Assembly (NCBI GenBank): GCA_934131175.1
Contig: CAKOZD010000007.1
Coordinates: 62-64,061, forward strand
DNA: 64,000 nt
Direction: 5' to 3'
Source: an uncultured Bacilli bacterium
GTDB lineage: Bacteria > Bacillota_I > Bacilli_A > RF39 > UBA660
The notes beneath the pieces were generated by a model. The model made no database searches, had not been told where the DNA came from, and was given only the letters and a program-made list of their open reading frames with translations. This document shows, piece by piece, positions 45,487 through 54,881 of this stretch. A program made the position numbers and the translations under genes. Numbering within the stretch: the stretch's first letter is position 1; every line of letters starts with the position of its first letter.

Positions 45487-48400
45487 TGGCAGCAAAAAAA
45501 GAATATAATATTGGTTTGGATATTGGAACAACTTCGGTTGGTTGGAGTGTAGTTGAAGCTAATAATCAAAAAGTAATGCGTAAAGGTAATAAAGCACTTT
45601 GGGGAGTTAGACTGTTTGAAGAGGCAACAACTGCAGAATCAAGAAGAATGCAAAGAAGTACTAGAAGAAGATATGATAGAAGACGAGAAAGAATAAAATT
45701 ACTTCAAGATGAGTTTAGTGAAGAAATAAATAAAGTGGATGAAAAATTTTTTCAAAAGTTAAAAGAGTCAAAATATGTTGAGAGTGATAAAGAAAATAAA
45801 AAGATAATTTTAGCAAAAGAGGAAAAGAAAGAATTAAGAGAATATCAAAATAAATATAAAACTATATATCATTTAAGAGATGAATTAATAAATAATCCTG
45901 AAAAGAAAGATATAAGACTTGTATATCTTGCAATTCATCATATTATAAAATATAGAGGTAACTTCTTATATCAAAGTTCAAATTTTAATATAGATAATTT
46001 AGATATAAAAGATAAGTTAAATGAGTTATTTTCTGTACTTTCAAATAATATTCAAGAATTAGAGATACCAGAAGATTATACAGATATAATTAACTTAAGT
46101 TTATTAGAAAAGGATTTATTAAAAGAAACTAAAAATGATGTTAAAGCTTCACTAATAAATGATTTATCAGACATAACAAATAAGAGTTTTGCAACAGAAT
46201 TAGGTAAATTAATGGTTGGTAATAAAGGTAATATTAATAAATTATTAATGCTTGAAAGTGATAATAAAATTGAAATTAGTTTTAGCGGTACTGACTATGA
46301 TGATAAATATGAAGAATATCAAGATACATTAGGAGAAAATATAGAAATACTAGATATTTTAAAGCAAATCTATGACTGTATTTTCTTAAAAAAGATATTT
46401 AAAGGTAACCAAAATACGAGCATTTCAAGTTTGATGGTAAAATACTTTGAACAACATAAGAAAGATTTGAATTTCTTAAAAGAATTATTTAGAAATAATC
46501 GTGAATTATATAATTCAATATTTAGAACTAAAAAAGATTTATGTTTATATGACAAGTATATTACTAATAAGATAGATTATGATGAGTTTAAGAAAGAAAT
46601 TAATAAATTATTAGAAGAATTATTTAGTCACGAAGAAGTACTTATTGAACAAGATTTATTAGATGAGTATAATTTGAAGATAAAATCAAAAATTGAAAAT
46701 GGTAATTTTCTTCCTAGAATAACTACGACTGATAATGGTAAATATCCATATCAATTAAATAAATCAGAATTAATAAAAATAATAGAAAATCAAGGAAAAT
46801 ATTATCCATTCTTATTAGATAAAATAAATGACAATAAAACATATAAGATTGTTAAATTATTAGAATTTAGAATTCCTTATTATGTTGGTCCATTGGTATC
46901 TGAAAAAAGAAGCAAGAATGCTTGGCTAGAAAGAAAAATCAATGATATTAAGATAACTCCATATAATTTTGATGATGTAGTTGATAAAGAAAAGACAGCA
47001 GAAAAGTTTATTAAAAGAATGATTTCTCATTGTACATATTTATTGGATGAATACGCACTTGCGAATAACTCTATATTATATTCTAAATTTAAAGTTATGA
47101 ATGAACTAAAGCAAATAAGGGTAAATGATAGAAAGTTAGAATTGAAATTTCAACAACAAATATTAGAAGACTTTTTCATGAAGACATCTGGCACAATTAC
47201 TGAAAAGAAGTTTAAGAATTATTTAATTTCAACTGGTGAATGTAATATGGAAGGAGGAAATTTAAGAATAACTGGATATTCTGCAGATGGTAAGTTTGCT
47301 AATAATATGCAGTCTTATGTAGATTTCTTTGGAGAAAATGGAATATTTGCCGGTACTGATTATGATGAAGAAAATGCAGAAGAAATAATTGAATGGATCA
47401 CAATCTTTGAAGATAAAGATATTTTAGAAAAGAAAGTTAGAGATAATTATAGTAAGTTAAGTGAGAATCAAATAAAGAAAGTTTTAGCAAAGAAATATTC
47501 TGGCTGGGGAAGTTTATCTAAAAAACTTTTAAAAACTAAATATTATAAAGATAAAGAGACAGAATTATATAAATCAATATTAGATTTAATGTATGAAACT
47601 GAAAATAATTTTATGCAGATAATAAATAATGATAAATATAATTTTCAAGAAATGATACAAGAGTTTAATAATAGTAAAGAAAGTAAAAAATTAAATTATT
47701 CAATGGTCGATGAGTTAGCAACTTCTCCTGCAACAAAAAGAGGTATATACCAAGCCTTAAAAGTTGTAGAAGAGTTAGTTGATTATATTGGATATGAACC
47801 AAAAAATATTTCAATTGAAATGGCAAGAAGTGACGAAGAAAAAGTAAGAAAAGATTCAAGAAAAGACTATATTAAAAAGCTGTATGATAGTTGTAAAAAT
47901 TCAATAGATAATTATAAAAAATTGAAACATGAGTTGGATAGTCATGAAATAACTAGTCAAAGATTATTCTTATACTTTATTCAAGAAGGCAAATGTTTAT
48001 ATTCTGGTACACCATTAAATATCGAAGATATAGAAAATCAGTCTTTATATGAAATTGATCATATAATTCCAAGGTCATTAATAAAAGATGACTCAATTGA
48101 TAATAAAGCGTTAGTATTAAAAAAATGTAATCAAGATAAAAAGGCAAGTTACGTTTTACCGCCTCAGTTTAGAACTGAACATCAAATAGAATGGTGGAAA
48201 CGTTTAAAAGATAATCATTTAATGTCAGCAAAGAAGTTTTATCACTTAACAAGAAAGAAATATGATGAAGATGATATCAACGGATTTATCAATAGACAAT
48301 TGGTTGAAACAAGACAAATTACAAAACATGTTGCTAATATTTTAAAGAATTTACATAAGGATTCTAATATCATTTATTTGAAAGCCGACTTATCACACAA

Positions 48401-49523
48401 TTATCGTGAAAAGTATGATTTATTTAAATTTAGAGACATAAATGATTATCATCATGCTCATGATGCTTATCTTGCAGCTGTATTAGGTGAATATAAAGAA
48501 AAATTTATGAAAAGAAAAATAAATTTTGATATGGTTAGAGAACTTAATAATAAGATTGTTGAAATGGATGAAGGCAAAAGAAAAAATCTTAGATTTGGAT
48601 ATGTAATTAATAGTTTGGATGAAAATTTAAATGATATAGTTTTAAAAATTTCAGAAAACTTAGTTGATAATGAGACTGGTGAAGTATTATTTGATGCACA
48701 TGAATTTAATAAGAGAGTAGAAGATACTTTATATAGAAATGATATTATGGTTAGTAGAAAGACTGAGATAAGAGCAGGTGCATTTTATAAAGAAACGATA
48801 TATAAAAAAGGCAAAGGAATTATTCCTATAAAACTTGGTATGCCAACTGAAATATATGGTGGATATTCAAATACAAATACAAAAAAATTGATGCTCATTG
48901 AATATAATGAAAATCAGAAAAAAATTATTGGACTTCCAATGGCATTGGATGCAAGAAATAAAGATGATGAAATTAATGATTATATTAAAACACAGATTAA
49001 TTTGAAAAAAGATTCAACATTTAGTATAAAAAAATATTCTATTCCTTTTGAAACGGAAGTAATATATAATAATCAAAATGTTTTTATAAAAGGATATGGT
49101 ATAGTTCAAAAAAATTGTGAAGTGTCAAATGCAGTTCAATTAAAAATAGCAAAAGATAAGATGAAACATTGGAAATATGCACTTCAATATTTATTGAATG
49201 ATAAAAAGCAATATATTGAATATGCAGAAAAATATGTAAATGATATTTATGATTTTCTAATTAATTTAGATTTATTTCCGTTATTTAATAAAGAATTAGA
49301 TAAAATAAAAAATAAAGTTAATTTTGAAAATTTAGATTTAGATCAACAAAAGAAAATAATAAGTGAATTATTTAAGATGTTTCATTGTAACAGTGTTAAT
49401 GCTAATTTATCTGAATTTGGACTTGGTGATAGAATTGGACGCTTGAAAGGGAATAATATAACAACAGGTATAATTATTTCAAAATCTGTAACTGGAATAA
49501 GAGAGTCAAGATATGAGTTTTAG
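45486..49523 (+). CDS. cas9: CRISPR-associated endonuclease Cas9 (type II-A)
   Basis: 1345 aa with a GGAGG RBS. Contains RuvC-I IGLDIGTTSVGW (D12), the Arg-rich bridge helix RRMQRSTRRRYDRRRERI, RuvC-II ISIEMAR (E778), HNH YEIDHIIPRS...CNQDK (H859, N882) and RuvC-III DYHHAHDAYL (H990, D993). Confidence 0.97.
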   Translation: MAAKKEYNIGLDIGTTSVGWSVVEANNQKVMRKGNKALWGVRLFEEATTAESRRMQRSTRRRYDRRRERIKLLQDEFSEEINKVDEKFFQKLKESKYVESDKENKKIILAKEEKKELREYQNKYKTIYHLRDELINNPEKKDIRLVYLAIHHIIKYRGNFLYQSSNFNIDNLDIKDKLNELFSVLSNNIQELEIPEDYTDIINLSLLEKDLLKETKNDVKASLINDLSDITNKSFATELGKLMVGNKGNINKLLMLESDNKIEISFSGTDYDDKYEEYQDTLGENIEILDILKQIYDCIFLKKIFKGNQNTSISSLMVKYFEQHKKDLNFLKELFRNNRELYNSIFRTKKDLCLYDKYITNKIDYDEFKKEINKLLEELFSHEEVLIEQDLLDEYNLKIKSKIENGNFLPRITTTDNGKYPYQLNKSELIKIIENQGKYYPFLLDKINDNKTYKIVKLLEFRIPYYVGPLVSEKRSKNAWLERKINDIKITPYNFDDVVDKEKTAEKFIKRMISHCTYLLDEYALANNSILYSKFKVMNELKQIRVNDRKLELKFQQQILEDFFMKTSGTITEKKFKNYLISTGECNMEGGNLRITGYSADGKFANNMQSYVDFFGENGIFAGTDYDEENAEEIIEWITIFEDKDILEKKVRDNYSKLSENQIKKVLAKKYSGWGSLSKKLLKTKYYKDKETELYKSILDLMYETENNFMQIINNDKYNFQEMIQEFNNSKESKKLNYSMVDELATSPATKRGIYQALKVVEELVDYIGYEPKNISIEMARSDEEKVRKDSRKDYIKKLYDSCKNSIDNYKKLKHELDSHEITSQRLFLYFIQEGKCLYSGTPLNIEDIENQSLYEIDHIIPRSLIKDDSIDNKALVLKKCNQDKKASYVLPPQFRTEHQIEWWKRLKDNHLMSAKKFYHLTRKKYDEDDINGFINRQLVETRQITKHVANILKNLHKDSNIIYLKADLSHNYREKYDLFKFRDINDYHHAHDAYLAAVLGEYKEKFMKRKINFDMVRELNNKIVEMDEGKRKNLRFGYVINSLDENLNDIVLKISENLVDNETGEVLFDAHEFNKRVEDTLYRNDIMVSRKTEIRAGAFYKETIYKKGKGIIPIKLGMPTEIYGGYSNTNTKKLMLIEYNENQKKIIGLPMALDARNKDDEINDYIKTQINLKKDSTFSIKKYSIPFETEVIYNNQNVFIKGYGIVQKNCEVSNAVQLKIAKDKMKHWKYALQYLLNDKKQYIEYAEKYVNDIYDFLINLDLFPLFNKELDKIKNKVNFENLDLDQQKKIISELFKMFHCNSVNANLSEFGLGDRIGRLKGNNITTGIIISKSVTGIRESRYEF

Positions 49524-50385
49524 AACAGTTGTTATTACTAAACAATCTAAGATTAGTTATAAAAATAGATTTCTTGTAGTAAAACAGGAAAATGATGAGA
49601 AGTATATTCATTTATCAGAAATAGATACAATAATAGTAGATTCTATATCAGTATCTATTTCTGCATATCTTTTAAAAGAACTTGCAGATAATAAAATAAA
49701 TATAATATTTTGTGATGAAAAGCATAATCCATTTGGTGAAGTTGTTCCATATTACTCAAAACATAATACCAGTAAAATGATTAAAGAACAAATTAAATGG
49801 AAAGCATCTGACAAAGATAAAATATGGACAGAGATAGTAAAAAATAAAATTATGAATCAAGCTTTGTTGCTTAAGAAAACTAAATCATCAAAATATAAAC
49901 TGATTTTAAGTTATATTGATGAAGTTGTTGACGGAGATAAAACAAATAGAGAAGGTCATGCAGCAAAAGTTTATTTCAATGCTCTATTTGGAAATGATTT
50001 TGTTAGAAATTCAGATGATTCTATAAATGCAGCATTAAACTATGGATATGCAATTTTACTTTCAACAATCAATAAAGAAATTATTAATAATGGGTATTTA
50101 ACGCAACTTGGAATCCATCACAAAAATGAATTTAATGAGTTTAATTTAACTTGCGATTTAATGGAACCATTTAGAATAGTAATTGATAACTTTGTCTATT
50201 ATAATCAAGAAAGAAAACTTGATACAGAATATAAACTTGATATTGTAAATATTTTGAACGGAACTTTTAAGTATCAAGGAAAAAATTACACATTAAAAGA
50301 TATTATAAAAATGTTTGTAAAGAATACTTTAGAATCAATAAATAATTCAGAAAAATATAAGGAATTTGTATATTATGAGGGATAG
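49513..50385 (+). CDS. cas1: CRISPR-associated endonuclease Cas1 (type II)
   Basis: 290 aa, overlapping cas9 by 11 nt. Motifs include NREGHAAKVYFNALFG, ALNYGYAIL and GIHH. Confidence 0.93.
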   Translation: MSFRTVVITKQSKISYKNRFLVVKQENDEKYIHLSEIDTIIVDSISVSISAYLLKELADNKINIIFCDEKHNPFGEVVPYYSKHNTSKMIKEQIKWKASDKDKIWTEIVKNKIMNQALLLKKTKSSKYKLILSYIDEVVDGDKTNREGHAAKVYFNALFGNDFVRNSDDSINAALNYGYAILLSTINKEIINNGYLTQLGIHHKNEFNEFNLTCDLMEPFRIVIDNFVYYNQERKLDTEYKLDIVNILNGTFKYQGKNYTLKDIIKMFVKNTLESINNSEKYKEFVYYEG

Positions 50386-50389
50386 AGTT

Positions 50390-50695
50390 ATGAGGACAAT
50401 TGTATTTTTTGATCTTCCAAATGTGTATTCTAAAGATAAAAGAGCATATCTAATGTTCAGAAAGTTTTTGATTAATGAAGGGTTTATAATGATGCAAGAA
50501 TCAGTGTACTCAAAAATCGTTTTAAATTCTCAACAATCAAATGCTTTAGTTGAAAGAATAAGAAAAAAGGCCCCCCAAAAAGGTATAATACAAGTAATGA
50601 GTATAACAGAAAAACAATATTCCCAAATAGAATTTATTACAGGAAGTAGCAATAGTAAAATAATAAATAGTGAAGAAAGATTAATAGTATTATGA
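50390..50695 (+). CDS. cas2: CRISPR-associated endoribonuclease Cas2
   Basis: MRTIVFFDLP...MQESVYSK is the typical Cas2 ferredoxin-fold pattern. ATG 50390 follows a GAGGGA RBS, so the track's 50366 start is less likely. Confidence 0.9.
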   Translation: MRTIVFFDLPNVYSKDKRAYLMFRKFLINEGFIMMQESVYSKIVLNSQQSNALVERIRKKAPQKGIIQVMSITEKQYSQIEFITGSSNSKIINSEERLIVL

Positions 50696-51369
50696 AAATA
50701 AAAATAGACTTTATTGATTCAATAATAGATTTTGATAATTCAAATGTATATTCATTTGAGATACATAATAAAAAGTATTTATATAGAATTTCATCATTAT
50801 TTTATAGTATTAGTAATGGTGATTTACCAGAAGAGGTTGAATGCTTTGATAAAGATAACAATGAATTAAAGATAAGTAATAAAATAAGATTCTTTTCTGA
50901 ATATTTTGACTTTGGATTTGATTCTAAAAAATATTCAGCAGATATCACTAAATATATTTTATCTAATATAGAACAATATGATAGTGAGAATATTCTAAGA
51001 ACATTCTCTAAATTATGTAAATTAATTGATAATGAGTTACAGAAGACAGATTTATCAATATCAGTCTCTACAGAAGAAGGTATTGAAAATGTAATTAAAA
51101 TGTTTAAGATTAAAATAAATCAAAAAGAAGATTTACTAGATAATTTACTCTTAATAGTTGATTTAGAAGTTGCATTAAATTCTAATAAATTATTATGCTT
51201 TATGAATTTAAAACAATATTTAACTAAAGAAGAAGTAATTGAATTTTATAAATATGCAACATATAACTCAATAAAAATAATAATGATAGAATCTACTAAA
51301 TATGACTATTTTAGCAATTATGAAAAAGTTATAGTTATTGATCAAAGTTTAGATGAAAGTATGATATAA
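50692..51369 (+). CDS. csn2: CRISPR-associated protein Csn2 (type II-A marker)
   Basis: 225 aa, ATGA overlap with cas2. The call rests on its position between cas2 and the leader, and its size fits the short Csn2 family. Confidence 0.8.
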   Translation: MKIKIDFIDSIIDFDNSNVYSFEIHNKKYLYRISSLFYSISNGDLPEEVECFDKDNNELKISNKIRFFSEYFDFGFDSKKYSADITKYILSNIEQYDSENILRTFSKLCKLIDNELQKTDLSISVSTEEGIENVIKMFKIKINQKEDLLDNLLLIVDLEVALNSNKLLCFMNLKQYLTKEEVIEFYKYATYNSIKIIMIESTKYDYFSNYEKVIVIDQSLDESMI

Positions 51370-51449
51370 TAATTATAGATGAAATAGAATTTATCATTTA
51401 AGAGCTACACATCTCTATTACTGTAGTAGTAGAATTAAAACTATTTGAG
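51362..51449 (+). promoter_or_regulatory. CRISPR leader with candidate promoter and leader-anchoring motif
   Basis: TGaTATAAT (51362-51370) overlaps the csn2 stop codon. The leader ends in ATTTGAG directly before repeat 1. Confidence 0.7.
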
Positions 51450-54400
51450 GTTTTAGTTCTATGTCATCTTAAATGGTATTAAAACATACGATTGTTAGCA
51501 TCACCAATATATATCGTTTTAGTTCTATGTCATCTTAAATGGTATTAAAACTACTTCTACTAGTTTACCTCGATGTCCTTTGTTTTAGTTCTATGTCATC
51601 TTAAATGGTATTAAAACAGTACAACATTTACAATCATTAACAGACAAGTTTTAGTTCTATGTCATCTTAAATGGTATTAAAACCGGATTCAATAAATTAA
51701 ATACTGCTATCACGTTTTAGTTCTATGTCATCTTAAATGGTATTAAAACTGTAAACTTCTAGCAGTACTGCTATTTGCTGTTTTAGTTCTATGTCATCTT
51801 AAATGGTATTAAAACAATTAAATCATTTATTAAAAAATATTGTTAGTTTTAGTTCTATGTCATCTTAAATGGTATTAAAACATTTAAGCACTTTACTTAG
51901 AAAGAAAGTAGGTTTTAGTTCTATGTCATCTTAAATGGTATTAAAACAACTGCTCTCTATTCATATTTATTATTAATGTTTTAGTTCTATGTCATCTTAA
52001 ATGGTATTAAAACATTAGAGATATATAATCCCTTAAATTATAAGTTTTAGTTCTATGTCATCTTAAATGGTATTAAAACAACATTTGCAACAAACAATGA
52101 AAAAGATATGTTTTAGTTCTATGTCATCTTAAATGGTATTAAAACAATATGGGTTTGAATATTATAAAACAATATGTTTTAGTTCTATGTCATCTTAAAT
52201 GGTATTAAAACAATTAGGAAGTGCTGGAAAAGCAATAGGAAGTTTTAGTTCTATGTCATCTTAAATGGTATTAAAACTCCTGAGTCATATTCATAATACG
52301 TCTTCATGTTTTAGTTCTATGTCATCTTAAATGGTATTAAAACTTTCTTGTGATTGTGTAATAACTGGTTCACGTTTTAGTTCTATGTCATCTTAAATGG
52401 TATTAAAACGGCAATGGATATGGAATGTATGCAGATGACGTTTTAGTTCTATGTCATCTTAAATGGTATTAAAACTTGACAACACCCAAATAAATTACTT
52501 GATATGTTTTAGTTCTATGTCATCTTAAATGGTATTAAAACCTTAATTGTTCCATCTTCTAACTCACATACGTTTTAGTTCTATGTCATCTTAAATGGTA
52601 TTAAAACGAACTTTAATTATATATTTCTCGGCTTTCTGTTTTAGTTCTATGTCATCTTAAATGGTATTAAAACACTTAAATTCTTCTACGAAACCTACTG
52701 GAAGTTTTAGTTCTATGTCATCTTAAATGGTATTAAAACTTAGGAGAGGTTTTAACAGATGCTAACTTAGTTTTAGTTCTATGTCATCTTAAATGGTATT
52801 AAAACAATAAAAAATTAAACTTCTCTGGTCTTATTGTTTTAGTTCTATGTCATCTTAAATGGTATTAAAACTAGTACAGTGCTTATTAAAGTGCTAGAAA
52901 GGTTTTAGTTCTATGTCATCTTAAATGGTATTAAAACAAAGTATTTGAAGGAGAATATCAAGATATAGTTTTAGTTCTATGTCATCTTAAATGGTATTAA
53001 AACCTTATCCAAATTCATTTGATACGAATTATTGTTTTAGTTCTATGTCATCTTAAATGGTATTAAAACCGATGAAACAAGCCGTATAAAGGCTAATATG
53101 TTTTAGTTCTATGTCATCTTAAATGGTATTAAAACCTTAATACCAAGCGAATTAAATTGGGACTAGTTTTAGTTCTATGTCATCTTAAATGGTATTAAAA
53201 CGCTTATCCAAATTCATTTGATACGAATTATGTTTTAGTTCTATGTCATCTTAAATGGTATTAAAACACCCCTAGAAATTCAAGCCCTAGAAAATCAGTT
53301 TTAGTTCTATGTCATCTTAAATGGTATTAAAACCTTATTAATATTTCAAAAAATGGAATGCTTGTTTTAGTTCTATGTCATCTTAAATGGTATTAAAACC
53401 ATCATAAATAATAACAAGTTGCTTATCTTGTTTTAGTTCTATGTCATCTTAAATGGTATTAAAACTGATGATGACATACGTCTAGCATATCGAGGGTTTT
53501 AGTTCTATGTCATCTTAAATGGTATTAAAACAAAGTTAAAGTTAAAAGGAGAACTAAATAAGTTTTAGTTCTATGTCATCTTAAATGGTATTAAAACATT
53601 TGGAATCCAGTATTTATTAACTCCTGTGTTTTAGTTCTATGTCATCTTAAATGGTATTAAAACTGACCATTTGCACACTACGACTAAAGCAAAGTTTTAG
53701 TTCTATGTCATCTTAAATGGTATTAAAACTTCTTTAATGAATAAAAATCTTTCTTTTAGGTTTTAGTTCTATGTCATCTTAAATGGTATTAAAACGATAA
53801 CTAAAACACCAACTACACCTGCAATGTTTTAGTTCTATGTCATCTTAAATGGTATTAAAACAGTTTATTGTTACAATGGTTCGCAAGGAAAGTTTTAGTT
53901 CTATGTCATCTTAAATGGTATTAAAACCATCATAAATTATGACTAATTGCTTATCATGTTTTAGTTCTATGTCATCTTAAATGGTATTAAAACCATCTAA
54001 TTCATTTCTTAATTTTAAGAACTGTTTTAGTTCTATGTCATCTTAAATGGTATTAAAACATGATTTTCTCACAAATAGGCTTACGATACGTTTTAGTTCT
54101 ATGTCATCTTAAATGGTATTAAAACACCCTAAATTCCCAGGATATTTTGTAGTAGGTTTTAGTTCTATGTCATCTTAAATGGTATTAAAACATTTCCACC
54201 TCCTTATAATAAAATAAGGCTGTTTTAGTTCTATGTCATCTTAAATGGTATTAAAACAATATATTTTTCTAATTTCTAGTACAAAATGTTTTAGTTCTAT
54301 GTCATCTTAAATGGTATTAAAACAAATGAAAAAAACTTTATATTTAGTAAAAAGTTTTAGTTCTATGTCATCTTAAATGGTATTAAAACAACAGATAAAA

Positions 54401-54719
54401 ACATTAAAGTTTATCAAGGGTTTTAGTTCTATGTCATCTTAAATGGTATTAAAACTGATTGATGGCAAAGTCGCAGGATATTTTAGTTTTAGTTCTATGT
54501 CATCTTAAATGGTATTAAAACTAAAACTAAGCACTGATAGATACATGATAAGTTTTAGTTCTATGTCATCTTAAATGGTATTAAAACTGGAGCATGAACT
54601 ATACCAGTCCAATAATTGTTTTAGTTCTATGTCATCTTAAATGGTATTAAAACCAAGACATGAAACTGGAAACTGGACTTCTAGTTTTAGTTCTATGTCA
54701 TCTTAAATGGTATTATGAT
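51450..54719 (+). CRISPR. type II-A CRISPR array: 50 repeats (36 bp) and 49 spacers (30 nt)
   Basis: GTTTTAGTTCTATGTCATCTTAAATGGTATTAAAAC recurs at an exact 66-bp period from 51450 to 54618. The terminal repeat at 54684 is degenerate (…GGTATTATGAT). Confidence 0.98.
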
Positions 54720-54765
54720 AAAACAGAGATTAAGACTTAACAAATTTTAAGATGGCAGAAATCCT

Positions 54766-54792
54766 AAAAGACTATTAAATAGTCTTTTATTT
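54766..54792 (+). terminator. rho-independent terminator of the pre-crRNA
   Basis: AAAAGACTAT-TAA-ATAGTCTTTT hairpin followed by ATTT. Confidence 0.75.
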
Positions 54793-54881
54793 GTATTTAA
54801 AATAAAAATTGATAAATTATCTATAAACTTTTTTTATATTTCATTTTCATAAAACTATGTTAGAATAAATAGAAAAAGTGG

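Noticed and set aside
53136-53165. Spacer 26 begins with CTTAATACCA. This is complementary to the 3' part of the preceding repeat and identical to the start of the tracrRNA anti-repeat. It raised the idea of a spacer taken from another CRISPR/tracrRNA locus.
   Set aside because: Only about 10 nt match and the remaining 20 nt are unrelated. With 49 AT-rich spacers, a match this short is plausibly chance.
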